In this document: piece by piece, positions 44,116 to 53,647 of the stretch
Layout: each line of letters begins with the position of its first letter
How positions within the stretch are numbered: position 1 is the stretch's first letter
Source: Solirubrobacterales bacterium
GTDB taxonomy: Bacteria; Actinomycetota; Thermoleophilia; Solirubrobacterales; 70-9
DNA: 64,000 bases
Assembly: GCA_036276255.1 (NCBI GenBank)
Contig: DASUPK010000050.1
Span: 26,093-90,092, forward strand
Direction of reading: 5' to 3'
The notes under the pieces: generated by a model
The model's input: only the letters and a program-made list of their open reading frames with translations
Database searches by the model: none
What the model was told of the DNA's origin: nothing
Made by a program: the position numbers and the translations under genes

Positions 44116-46338
44116 ATGGAAGCCGCCGTCAAGCGCGACTCGCACCCGGGAGCGACGTACGTCCCGCGCTCGTTCGGGACGGGTGAGATCCTCGAGCTGT
44201 CCGAGCTGCTGGGGGCGCCACTGAAGACGACGCCCCGGCCGTCGATCCTCGATGCGCCGATCACGAAGCTGAAGGGCGCCGGGCCGAAGCTGGCGGAGGC
44301 CGCCTCCGAGATGGGGATATCGAGCCTCGGCGACCTGCTGCGCCACCTCCCTCATAGCTACCGGGACCGCGCAAATCCGGTCGGTCTGGGCGAGCTGAGA
44401 CTCGGGGAGGAAGCGACGGTGGAGGTCGAAGTCAAGGGGGCCAGGCTCCGGCCGACCCGGCGCCGCCGCCTGACCATCCTCGAGGCCGATGTCTCCGACC
44501 GAAGCGGGAAGGTGAAGGCCGTCTGGTTCAACCGCGCCTGGCTCGCCGACCGGCTCCAGCCCGGGACGCGGTTGCTGCTCCACGGCAAGCTCGAGAAGCG
44601 CGGCTTTGCCGTCTCCGAGCACGAGTTCCTCGATACCGACACCAAACGGGTTGCGCTGTCGCGCACCCTCGCGTTACCGGTCGGCCTGCACACCACGGGG
44701 GTCGTGCCGGTGCACCCTGCCAGCGAGCGGATCCGGCCGCAGAAGATTCGCGAGTGGATCTGGCAGGCCACTCCGCTAGCCCGGCACGCGGTGGAGCCCG
44801 TCCCGGGTCGCCTGAGGCGTGAGCTGCGAATGGCGAGCGCGACGGAGGCCATCGTCGCTTCTCATTTCCCCGCCGATGAGCACCAGGCGGAGGCCGCGCG
44901 TGAGCGGCTCGCCTTCGAGGAGCTCTTCCTCTACCAGGCCGCCCTGGTCTCGAGGCGCGGCCGCCGCGTCTCCGGCAAGCGGGGCATCGAGCTGCCGCCG
45001 CCGGGAACCGACGTCGCCGGTTGGCTCGGGTCGCTGCCATTCGAGCTCACCGGGGACCAGCGCAGCGCCCTGGCGGAGATCGACGCCGACCTCACGCGGG
45101 AGGAGTCGATGCAGCGGCTACTGATGGGAGAGGTTGGATCCGGGAAGACCGTGCTGGCCCTTTACGCGATGCTGCGCGCGATCGAAGCGGGCCACCAGGC
45201 CGCGCTGATGGCGCCGACGGAGACGCTCGCGGAGCAGCACTTCCGCACGCTCGAGGAACTGAACCGGGGAGCCGCTCCCGCCACGCTGCTCACCTCGGCG
45301 ACGCCGCCCGTCGCCCGCCGCAAACTCCTCGCCTCGCTCGCCGCCGGGACGCCGCAGCTCGTCGTCGGCACCCACGCCCTGATCGAGGGGTCGGTGGAGT
45401 TCTCCTCGCTGGCCGTCGCCGTGGTGGACGAGCAGCACCGCTTCGGCGTCCGCCAGCGCGCGGCGCTCGACGCCAAGGGCCCGGGCGCGCGCCTGCCGCA
45501 CGTCCTGCACATGACCGCCACGCCGATTCCCCGGACGCTTTCGCTGACCGCCTACGGGGACCTCGACACGACCTCCCTGCGCGAGCTGCCGAAGGACCGC
45601 CAGCCGATCCGGACGCGAGTTGTCGACGAGGAGCACCGGGCGGCCGCGTACGAGTTCATCCGCGAGCGCCTGCGCGAGGGGCGGCAGGCCTACGTTGTCT
45701 GCCCGCTGGTGAGCGACTCGGAGGCGATCGAGGCCAAGGCGGCGGAGGCCGAGGCGAAGCGGCTGGCGAAGGGCGAGCTCAGCGACTTCCGGGTCGCGCT
45801 GCTGCACGGCCAGATGTCCTCGGAGCAGAAGTCCCGCACGATGGACGCGTTCTCCTCCGGCCAGGCGCATGTCCTGGTGGCCACCACGGTGATAGAGGTC
45901 GGCATCGACGTGGCGAACGCGACCGTGATGCTCGTTGAGGGCGCGGAGCGGTTCGGCCTCTCGCAGCTCCACCAGCTCCGCGGGCGCGTGGGCCGAGGGC
46001 GGCACGAGTCCTTCTGCATCCTCTTCGGCGACCCCGAGTCGGAGGCGGCCAAGGCGAGACTCGAGGCCATCGCGGGGGAGGGGGACGGCTTTGCGCTCGC
46101 AGAGGTCGATCTGACGATCCGCGGCGAGGGGGAGATCCTCGGGACCCGGCAGCACGGCCTGCCGCGGTTCCGCGCCGCCTCGTTGCCGGAGGACATGGCT
46201 CTGCTGCTCGAGGCCCGGCGGCGCATCCTGGAGCTCCGCGAGCGCTTCGGCTCCCTCGAGGCGCCGGGGATCGGGCCGCTGCTCGACGAGGCGCGCCGGC
46301 GCTTCGGCGACGAGCGCGTCGAGCAGCTCGCGGCGTGA
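44116..46338 (+). CDS. recG: ATP-dependent DNA helicase RecG
   Basis: 740 aa. Wedge/OB N-terminus, GEVGSGKT, VVDEQHRFG, QLHQLRGRVGRG. Confidence 0.95.
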   Translation: MEAAVKRDSHPGATYVPRSFGTGEILELSELLGAPLKTTPRPSILDAPITKLKGAGPKLAEAASEMGISSLGDLLRHLPHSYRDRANPVGLGELRLGEEATVEVEVKGARLRPTRRRRLTILEADVSDRSGKVKAVWFNRAWLADRLQPGTRLLLHGKLEKRGFAVSEHEFLDTDTKRVALSRTLALPVGLHTTGVVPVHPASERIRPQKIREWIWQATPLARHAVEPVPGRLRRELRMASATEAIVASHFPADEHQAEAARERLAFEELFLYQAALVSRRGRRVSGKRGIELPPPGTDVAGWLGSLPFELTGDQRSALAEIDADLTREESMQRLLMGEVGSGKTVLALYAMLRAIEAGHQAALMAPTETLAEQHFRTLEELNRGAAPATLLTSATPPVARRKLLASLAAGTPQLVVGTHALIEGSVEFSSLAVAVVDEQHRFGVRQRAALDAKGPGARLPHVLHMTATPIPRTLSLTAYGDLDTTSLRELPKDRQPIRTRVVDEEHRAAAYEFIRERLREGRQAYVVCPLVSDSEAIEAKAAEAEAKRLAKGELSDFRVALLHGQMSSEQKSRTMDAFSSGQAHVLVATTVIEVGIDVANATVMLVEGAERFGLSQLHQLRGRVGRGRHESFCILFGDPESEAAKARLEAIAGEGDGFALAEVDLTIRGEGEILGTRQHGLPRFRAASLPEDMALLLEARRRILELRERFGSLEAPGIGPLLDEARRRFGDERVEQLAA

Positions 46339-46868
46339 GCGAACTTCGCATCAGCGGTGGGGAGCTCGGCGGGCGCCGCATCCGCGTGCCGAAGGGCGAT
46401 GTCAGGCCGACCACCGAGCGCGTCAGGGAGGCGGTCTTCTCGATTCTGGGCGACGTCTCCGGCTCTCGGGTCCTGGACCTGTTCTGCGGCAGTGGCGCGC
46501 TCGCGATCGAGGCGCTCTCGAGGGGTGCGAGCGAGGCGACGCTCGTCGATACGCGCCCCCGAACCGCGCGGGAGAACGTCGAGCGCCTCGGGTTGGGCGA
46601 GCGCGCCCGCGTCATCCGCTCGGACGCCGTCCGGTTCCTGCGCAGCGCCGAGCAGGGTGCCTTCGACCTCGTGCTCTGCGACCCTCCCTATAGACTCGCC
46701 GACCGCTTGGCGACCGACCTCGGGCCCCTGATCCCGGGAGTGCTGGCGGAGTCAGGCAGAGCAATGATCGAGTCCTCCCCCGACAATCCCCTGCAAATTG
46801 AGCTGCCGCTCCTCACCGAGCGCGCCTACGGCGACACGCTCGTGCGAATCCACGGGAAGGCGCGATGA
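46335..46868 (+). CDS. rsmD: 16S rRNA (guanine966-N2)-methyltransferase
   Basis: 177 aa. RPTTERVREAVFSIL, LDLFCGSGALAIEALSRGA, DPPY. Confidence 0.9.
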   Translation: MSELRISGGELGGRRIRVPKGDVRPTTERVREAVFSILGDVSGSRVLDLFCGSGALAIEALSRGASEATLVDTRPRTARENVERLGLGERARVIRSDAVRFLRSAEQGAFDLVLCDPPYRLADRLATDLGPLIPGVLAESGRAMIESSPDNPLQIELPLLTERAYGDTLVRIHGKAR

Positions 46869-47365
46869 GCGCCGAGGAGCCGCGCGTCGCGGTCTGCCCC
46901 GGCAGCTACGACCCGGTCACCAACGGCCACCTGGACATCATCACCCGCACCTCGAAGGTCTTCGAGCACGTGATTGTCGGCGTGGTCAACCAGCCGGTTC
47001 GAAAGCAGAAGACGCTGTTCACGGCTGAGGAGCGCAAGGATTTCATCGAGGATGCGACGGGCGACCTCGAGAACGTCGAGGTGAAGGTCATGTCCAATCT
47101 GCTGGTCGAGTTCGCAAAGGAGAACGGCGCGAGGGCGATCATCAAGGGCCTGCGAGCGATCTCGGACTTTGAATACGAGTTCGAGATGAACCAGCTCAAC
47201 CGGAAGCTCGCCCCGGACATCGAGAGCATGTACATCTTCGCCTCTGCGCACTACAGCTTCCTCTCCTCGACGGGGGTCAAGGAGATCGCCACCTTCGGTG
47301 GCGACGTCGGCGATCTGGTGCCAGCTCCGGTTGCAAGAGCGCTTGCGGAAAGACTCGCCCGCTAG
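46865..47365 (+). CDS. coaD: phosphopantetheine adenylyltransferase
   Basis: 166 aa. CPGSYDPVTNGHLDII and KGLRAISDFEYE motifs. Confidence 0.95.
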   Translation: MSAEEPRVAVCPGSYDPVTNGHLDIITRTSKVFEHVIVGVVNQPVRKQKTLFTAEERKDFIEDATGDLENVEVKVMSNLLVEFAKENGARAIIKGLRAISDFEYEFEMNQLNRKLAPDIESMYIFASAHYSFLSSTGVKEIATFGGDVGDLVPAPVARALAERLAR

Positions 47366-47465
47366 GTCGCCGTGCGTGAGGGGTGGGCAGGAGCTTGCAA
47401 TCCGGCCGAGAAAGACGACCCAGTGCCCGCCAACTGGGCCGATGCGTAAGCTTTAGCGACTGCAA

Positions 47466-47933
47466 ATGGACGTTCTAGTACTCATCGACAAGCTCGACGA
47501 TCTGGTCCACAACGCGCGGCCCGTGCCGCTCACGGATCAGGTGCGCGTCGATCGCGAGGAGATCTACGACCTCCTCGACCAGATGCGCGCCACGATCCCT
47601 GAGGAGATCAAGCAGGCCCGCTGGATCGTCAAGGAGCGCCAGGAGATGCTCGCCGAGGCGAAGCGCGAGGCCGAGCGGATCGTCAAGGAGGCCCGCGAGC
47701 AGCAGGCCCGCCTCGTCGCGAACGAGGAGATCACGCGTCAGGCCGAGCGAGCCGCCGAGGAGATCGTCGAGGAGGCCCGGGAGCGCGAGCGGGAGATCCG
47801 CCTCGGCGCCGAGGACTACGCCGACGACATCCTCTCGACGCTCGAGGTCAACCTCCAGAAGTTCCTGCAGGCCGTGCAGCGAGGCCGCGACCGGCTTCAG
47901 GGCCGCGAGCGCGAGCCGTCAGAGATTGGCTAG
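47466..47933 (+). CDS. conserved coiled-coil protein (ATP-synthase-b/DivIVA-like heptads), function unknown
   Basis: 155 aa. Highly charged E/R/K/A-rich helix. A similar gene follows coaD in actinobacterial synteny (from memory). Confidence 0.6.
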   Translation: MDVLVLIDKLDDLVHNARPVPLTDQVRVDREEIYDLLDQMRATIPEEIKQARWIVKERQEMLAEAKREAERIVKEAREQQARLVANEEITRQAERAAEEIVEEAREREREIRLGAEDYADDILSTLEVNLQKFLQAVQRGRDRLQGREREPSEIG

Positions 47934-48031
47934 CGGCCACCAGGCCGCAGTAATCGAAGCGGCGGCGTAGCCGCCGCGCCTGACGTGGGCGGCCGCTTGT
48001 GGCCGCGACTTGATGGCGAAGCCGTCACTAG
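47931..48031 (+). repeat. interspersed structured repeat, copy C (full length)
   Basis: TAGCGGCCACCAGGCCGC...GCGGCGGCGTAGCCGCCGC...GTGGGCGGCCGCTTGTGGCCGCGACTTGATGGCGAAGCCGTCACTAG. Starts with the stop codon of the coiled-coil gene. Confidence 0.75.
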
Positions 48032-48062
48032 TCTCCGCTCCCACCCGAGGAGAGGAGCTGCC

Positions 48063-48767
48063 ATGCCCGAGCGCTGGTTCAGCGACGAGGAGCTGGACGA
48101 GATGACCCAGCCGACCATGGACGTCGCAATCGAGGCGATCGACAGCGGCGACCCGAAGACGGCCAAGGAGCTCTGTGAGCGAGAGAAGCATGAGTCCCAG
48201 TTCATGCACGACATGCTGGTCGACGGGATGGCCGGGCTGATCTCCTACGTCAAGGAGAAACTCGGGGACGAGGGTGTCCGCGAGGCCTGGGAGTGGAGCC
48301 TGGAGCGAAGCTGGAAGCAGAGCGTGGAGAAGATCGACGCCGTCGACCGAAAGACCATCGCGCAGGCCTTGGCGGCCACCTGGCGCGGCCATTCGACCGG
48401 CGGGGTCGGCCCCAACCCGGGCGCCTTCGAGATCTCCGAGGACGATGAGAAGCTCACCTTCACGATGAATCCGTGCGGCTCTGGCCAGCGGTTGTGGCGC
48501 AACGACCGCTACGGGCCCGACGGCTGGGGAGTCACCGATGAGGCGCACGATTGGAGCTACGGCCGCAAGGGGTTCCCTCTCTACTGCACACACTGTGCCT
48601 TCATGAACGAGCTGGGGCCGATCAATTGGATCGGCTACCCGGTCTACCCATCCGAGCCGCCGGAGGACTTCGACCGGGATCCGTGCGTCTGGCACTGGTA
48701 CAAGAACCCCGCCGATATCCCGGAGCGCCACTGGGAGCGATACGGGCTGGAGCGAAGCTCGGGTTGA
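48063..48767 (+). CDS. hypothetical Cys-containing protein
   Basis: ATG 48063 is preceded by GGAGAGGAG within ORF 47985..48767. NPCGSGQR and YCTHCAF motifs. No family assigned. Confidence 0.6.
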   Translation: MPERWFSDEELDEMTQPTMDVAIEAIDSGDPKTAKELCEREKHESQFMHDMLVDGMAGLISYVKEKLGDEGVREAWEWSLERSWKQSVEKIDAVDRKTIAQALAATWRGHSTGGVGPNPGAFEISEDDEKLTFTMNPCGSGQRLWRNDRYGPDGWGVTDEAHDWSYGRKGFPLYCTHCAFMNELGPINWIGYPVYPSEPPEDFDRDPCVWHWYKNPADIPERHWERYGLERSSG

Positions 48768-49771
48768 GCGGGCCGGCGGATTCCGTCGAGGAGGTGTTCA
48801 GCGGTCCTCCGGCCGAGGGGGTTCGCGCATTGCTCGCCGAGTCGCTCGGCGAGGACCCGGGCGTCGTCGAGCTGACCCCGATCCCCGGCGGCGCTTCGCG
48901 GGAGACCTGGCTCGTGAGCGGGGAGCGCGGGCCGTGGGTACTTCGGCGCGACCCGGAGGGATCCGTGTCCCTCGTGCCGATCCGCGACGAGTTCGCCCTG
49001 ATCGCCCGCGCCCTCGACGCAGGCGTTCCCGTCCCCGAGCCCCTCGCCCTCGAGCGCGCCGGTGGCAGGCTGGCCACCGACGGGATGGTCATGTCCTTCG
49101 TGGAGGGCACCTCGGTCGCGCCCCGCATCCTCCGCAAGCCGGAGTTCGAGACCGCGCGCTCCCGCCTGGCCGCCCAGCTCGGGCAGGCGCTGGCGCGCAT
49201 ACATTCGATCGACCCGTCGGACCTTGTCGGCGTGCTCCCGGATCCGGGGGATGACCCGGCCGTCGATCAGATCGCCGAATGGGAGCGCCAGCTCGATGAG
49301 ATCGGCGAGCCGCTGCCGGCGGTGGAGCTCGGGATGCGATGGCTGCGGGCGAACGCCCCCGAACCCGCGGAGCCCCGGCTCGTGCACGGCGACTTCCGCC
49401 TGGGCAACTTCATCGTGGACGAGGACGGCCTGGGAGCGGTGATCGACTGGGAGCTCGCCCACCTGGGCGATGCGGCCGAGGACATCGGCTGGCTCGGCAT
49501 TCGCTCCTGGCGGTTCGGCAACGACGACAGGCCGGTCGCCGGCGTCGGCGGTCTCGACGAGTTCATCGCCGCGTACGAGGCGGCGGGCGGCTCACCCATC
49601 GATCGGGATCGAGTCCGCTATTGGGAGGCTTTCGGCAACGTGAAGTGGGCGGTGATCTGCGCCCGCCAAGCCCACGATCACCTGACCGGTGTGCGCCGCA
49701 GTCACGAGCTCGCCTCTCTTGGCCGCCGGGTCTGCGAGCCGGAGTGGGATCTGTTGGAGTTGATGGGCTGA
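48764..49771 (+). CDS. phosphotransferase family protein (APH/choline-kinase-like fold)
   Basis: In-frame TTG 48764 (TTGA overlap) within ORF 48551..49771. Catalytic HGDFRLGN and VIDWE motifs. Confidence 0.8.
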   Translation: MSGPADSVEEVFSGPPAEGVRALLAESLGEDPGVVELTPIPGGASRETWLVSGERGPWVLRRDPEGSVSLVPIRDEFALIARALDAGVPVPEPLALERAGGRLATDGMVMSFVEGTSVAPRILRKPEFETARSRLAAQLGQALARIHSIDPSDLVGVLPDPGDDPAVDQIAEWERQLDEIGEPLPAVELGMRWLRANAPEPAEPRLVHGDFRLGNFIVDEDGLGAVIDWELAHLGDAAEDIGWLGIRSWRFGNDDRPVAGVGGLDEFIAAYEAAGGSPIDRDRVRYWEAFGNVKWAVICARQAHDHLTGVRRSHELASLGRRVCEPEWDLLELMG

Positions 49772-50123
49772 TGCAGGATCGCCCCACCGCCCCGGAGCTG
49801 CTCGACTCGGTCGCCGAGTACCTGTTCGGTGAGCTGCGTCCTGAGGTGCCACGGGAACAGCGCTTCAAGGTTCTCGTCGCCGCCAACGTCTGTGCGGTGG
49901 TGGCCCGCGAGATCAGGGCAGGGGAGGATCCCGACGGGAAGGACCTGGAGCTCTTCAACGAGTTGCTCGGGGAGGAGCAGAGCGACGTGCGCGCGGCGGC
50001 CGCAGAGCTCTCGCGCAGGCTGCGCGCGGGCGAGCTCGACGACAGGATCGACGAGATCGCGCCCAGGCTCGAGGAGCACGTTCGCCGGAAGCTGAGCATC
50101 GCCCGGCCCGATTACGCCGACGG

Positions 50124-50127
<4 letters not shown>
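49771..50127 (+). CDS. small helical protein, DUF6285-like (typical partner of APH-like phosphotransferases)
   Basis: ATG 49771 (TGATG overlap) within ORF 49339..50127. MQDRPTAPELLDSVAEYL... Family name is from memory. Confidence 0.6.
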
Positions 50128-50830
<703 letters not shown>

Positions 50831-50834
<4 letters not shown>

Positions 50835-51682
50835 AACTCGGTCTCGTGGGTCCCCGCGCGGCCCGCGTCCGTCTTCTCATAGAAGCGGCCGAGCAGTTGG
50901 GAGGTCTCCTCCGGATCGGCGCAGCTGTAGGCGTTCCAGGCCTCGTTGCGAAGCTGCTCGTCGAGGGTCTTGCCCACCGTGTCGAGGATGGTCTGCTTGG
51001 CGGAGCGCACGGCGCGCTGGGAGTTCCGCAGGATCTGGCGGGCGACCGTTTCCGCCTCGGCCAGCAGCCGCTCATGCGGGACGACCTTCGAGACCAGGTT
51101 GCACTGCAGGGCTCGCTGGGCGTCGATCGCCTCCGCCGTGAGCAGCATCTCGAGCGCGATCCCGGTGCCGCAGGTGTTGACCAGCCGGACGATTCCGCCA
51201 TCCCCGTGATGGAAGCCCCGGCGAGCCTCGAATGAGCCGAACATGGCGCGGTCGGAGGCGATCCGGATGTCACAGGCGAGAGCGGTCTCGAGGCCTCCCG
51301 CCAGCGCCCAGCCGTTGATCGCTCCGACGATCGGCTTGTAGATCCGGTGCATCCCACGGGTGAAGCCGTTCAGACCGAGCTCGGCGATCTCGCGGATGTC
51401 GGTGATGTTCCCATCGGCCACGATCGGCGGGATGTACTCCTTGAGATCCGCGCCCGCACAGAACGCGTCCCCGGCGCCCGTGAGGATTGCGACGTCAACG
51501 GAGTCGTCCTCGGCGAAGTCGGCCCAGGCGGCGATCATCGCGCGATGCACCTCGGGACTGACCGCGTTCCGCGCCTCGGGCCGGTTGATCGTCACATAGG
51601 CGATCCGGTCTCGCTTCTCGTAGAGGACGACGCCCTCATCGGCTGACGGCGGCGGCCCGGGACGCTCGGGGTTGTGGTGCAT
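50831..51682 (-). CDS. enoyl-CoA hydratase/isomerase (crotonase) family protein
   Basis: ATG 51682 is preceded by AGGAG within ORF 50831..51742. ITINRPEARNAV and GAGDAFCAGADL motifs. Confidence 0.88.
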
Positions 51683-51747
51683 GGCTTCTCCTAGTTTCTT
51701 GACAGGTGCGGATCGTATGGATCCGGTGGTGCCACAGGCCACCCGTC

Positions 51748-51777
51748 TTGACGCGGGGGGTCAGACCGGCATAGGTT
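51748..51777 (+). promoter_or_regulatory. candidate sigma-70-type promoter (TTGACG-N18-TAGGTT)
   Basis: TTGACG at 51748-51753 and TAGGTT at 51772-51777 (TANNNT), about 38 nt upstream of ATG 51815. Confidence 0.3.
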
Positions 51778-51814
51778 GTCTCCGCCAAGGGGAACACTCG
51801 AAAGAGGGAGTGCC

Positions 51815-52252
51815 ATGGGACACCGAATTCGCAGCAGGTTGACCTTCGCAAACGTGCTGTCATTTATCGCCGTATTCCTGGTGATCGGAGGCAGCGCGTA
51901 TGCCGGGTCGAAGCTCAACGGCAAGAAGCTCAAGAACAACTCGGTTGGGGCGATCAAGCTCCATTGCCCGACCGCCGCGCCCAACCGCACCGGAGACATC
52001 TGCTTCGGCGCATCCAACGCCGCGGCGGACTGGTTCACCGCGGTGCAGAATGTGTGCCCGTCGCAGAATCTGCGAGTGCCGACGAGTGGCGAGGCCCTGC
52101 TCGTGACCAAGGCCGCCGGCGGCGAGACGTGGACCGATGACGCCATCGTGCAGGGCCCCGGCGGTGGGGCTGCCCGCGTGCAGGGGGGTGTCGTGATTTT
52201 CGCTCTATACACGGAGCATCATGCGTACCGCTGCGTGGCGGTAGCGGGCTGA
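51815..52252 (+). CDS. secreted/membrane-anchored hypothetical protein (Cys-containing)
   Basis: ATG 51815 is preceded by AGAGGGAG within ORF 51776..52252. N-terminal anchor FANVLSFIAVFLVIGGSAYAGSKLNGKKLKNNSVG. Confidence 0.55.
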   Translation: MGHRIRSRLTFANVLSFIAVFLVIGGSAYAGSKLNGKKLKNNSVGAIKLHCPTAAPNRTGDICFGASNAAADWFTAVQNVCPSQNLRVPTSGEALLVTKAAGGETWTDDAIVQGPGGGAARVQGGVVIFALYTEHHAYRCVAVAG

Positions 52253-52261
52253 CGGAACAGA

Positions 52262-52804
52262 TCACTCGTACGTGGCGCGGACGACCGCAAGGTCGTCCGC
52301 GCGCCACGTCACCTCGCCGCCGCACCACTCGGCCATCTCCTCGGCGGTGTCGGGAAAGTCGAAGCCCGGCTCGATCGGGGTGACCTGCTTGTCGGCCTTC
52401 ACCACGTCGCCGATGACGAGAGCGCGCGACTGCTCGCGAACGCGGCGGAAGAGCGTCTGCTTGACGTCGTCCTGCAGATGGTGCATGGAGAGGACGGAGA
52501 TGACCAGGTCCCACGGGCCATCGGGGAGCGGGTCCTCCATGCGGGCCAGCTGAACGTCGTCGTACTCCTCGCGGAGCCGGTAGACCATGTTCGAGTCTGA
52601 GTCCAAACCGATCACCCAGGCGTCCGGATAGGCCTCGAGCAGCACCCTGGTCGTCTCGCCGGTCCCCATCCCGAGCTCGAGGACGCGCTCCGGAGCGAAC
52701 GGGATCGCGTCGATGGCCGCTCGCTGCAGCTCGTCATAGCGCGGGACCTCGGCCCGGATCTCCTCCAGGTAGGTCTCAGGATTCCAGTGGAATTGTGCGC
52801 ACAC
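52262..52804 (-). CDS. class I SAM-dependent methyltransferase
   Basis: 180 aa. Motif I VLELGMGTGE and motif post-I IGLDSD. Confidence 0.8.
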   Translation of the reverse strand: MCAQFHWNPETYLEEIRAEVPRYDELQRAAIDAIPFAPERVLELGMGTGETTRVLLEAYPDAWVIGLDSDSNMVYRLREEYDDVQLARMEDPLPDGPWDLVISVLSMHHLQDDVKQTLFRRVREQSRALVIGDVVKADKQVTPIEPGFDFPDTAEEMAEWCGGEVTWRADDLAVVRATYE

Positions 52805-52828
52805 GGTTGCTCGCTACCCTCGAAGCGA

Positions 52829-53350
52829 GTGTATGCGGAAGGTGGAATCGTCGATCTGGAGCGCCTGGCGCTGTCCTCGGGTCAGGCCCGCGCGCTCGAT
52901 CTCGAGGTCGCGCTCGACCCGATCGAGCTGGGTGGACAGGACTACGCGCCGGCGGGATCGGGCGTCGACGCCAGGCTGGACGTCTCGCGGACCAGCACCG
53001 GCCACGCGCTTCGCCTTCGCTTCGCGACCGAGCTGACCGGGCCGTGTGTGCGCTGCCTCGAGCCGGTGGCGACGGAGATCCGGATCGACGCCCGCGAGGT
53101 GGACCAGCCCGCCAGCCGCGACGAGGACCTGCGGAGCCCCTACGTCACGGACGGCGAGCTCGACGTCGGTCGCTGGGCGAACGACTCCGTTGTCCTGGCA
53201 CTTCCCGAGCAGCCGCTGTGCCGACCCGACTGCGCGGGCCTGTGCGCGGTCTGCGGCGAGTCGCTGAATGACGCCGACCCGGAGGCCCACCGCCACGAAA
53301 CCGGCGGCGACCCGCGGATGGCCAAGCTCAGAGATCTGAAGCTCGAATAG
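52829..53350 (+). CDS. YceD/YlbN family protein (DUF177)
   Basis: In-frame GTG 52829 within ORF 52787..53350. CxxC...CRPDCAGLCAVCGESLN motif. Precedes rpmF as usual. Confidence 0.8.
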   Translation: MYAEGGIVDLERLALSSGQARALDLEVALDPIELGGQDYAPAGSGVDARLDVSRTSTGHALRLRFATELTGPCVRCLEPVATEIRIDAREVDQPASRDEDLRSPYVTDGELDVGRWANDSVVLALPEQPLCRPDCAGLCAVCGESLNDADPEAHRHETGGDPRMAKLRDLKLE

Positions 53351-53423
53351 ACGGCGGCCACAAACACCGCCGCCGGATCTACGGTCACAGGCTGCGCCTG
53401 TGACCGGCTACCATGCGCCGCCG

Positions 53424-53642
53424 ATGGCGGTCCCCAAGAAGAGACAGTCGAGGACGCGGCGTGACAAGCGGCGCGCCCAGCACAAGGCCTCCACGCCGCG
53501 GCTGAACGAGTGCCCGCGCTGCCACAGCCCGCGCCTGCCGCATCGGGTCTGTCCGACCTGCGGCACCTACGCGGGTCGTGAGGTCGTCCGCCACGATGCT
53601 CCCGAGACCACGCCGCAGGCCGGGTCTTCGCCTCGGGACTAG
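53424..53642 (+). CDS. rpmF: 50S ribosomal protein L32 (CxxC...CxxC zinc-ribbon type)
   Basis: ATG 53424 within ORF 53400..53642. MAVPKKRQSRTRRDKRRA...CPRC...CPTCG. Confidence 0.92.
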   Translation: MAVPKKRQSRTRRDKRRAQHKASTPRLNECPRCHSPRLPHRVCPTCGTYAGREVVRHDAPETTPQAGSSPRD

Positions 53643-53647
53643 ATCCC

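Noticed and set aside
47985-48062. Small peptides encoded by the repeats. MGGRLWPRLDGEAV… is fused in frame to the 48063 gene. MMGGRLWPRSDGEAVCLGLRSADSPHG ends across the yloV start, a MIRU-like coupling idea.
   Set aside because: The peptide is conserved only between copies B and C. Copies A and D carry indels that change the frame while the nucleotide sequence and pairing stay conserved. The downstream gene also has its own strong SD plus ATG at 48063.
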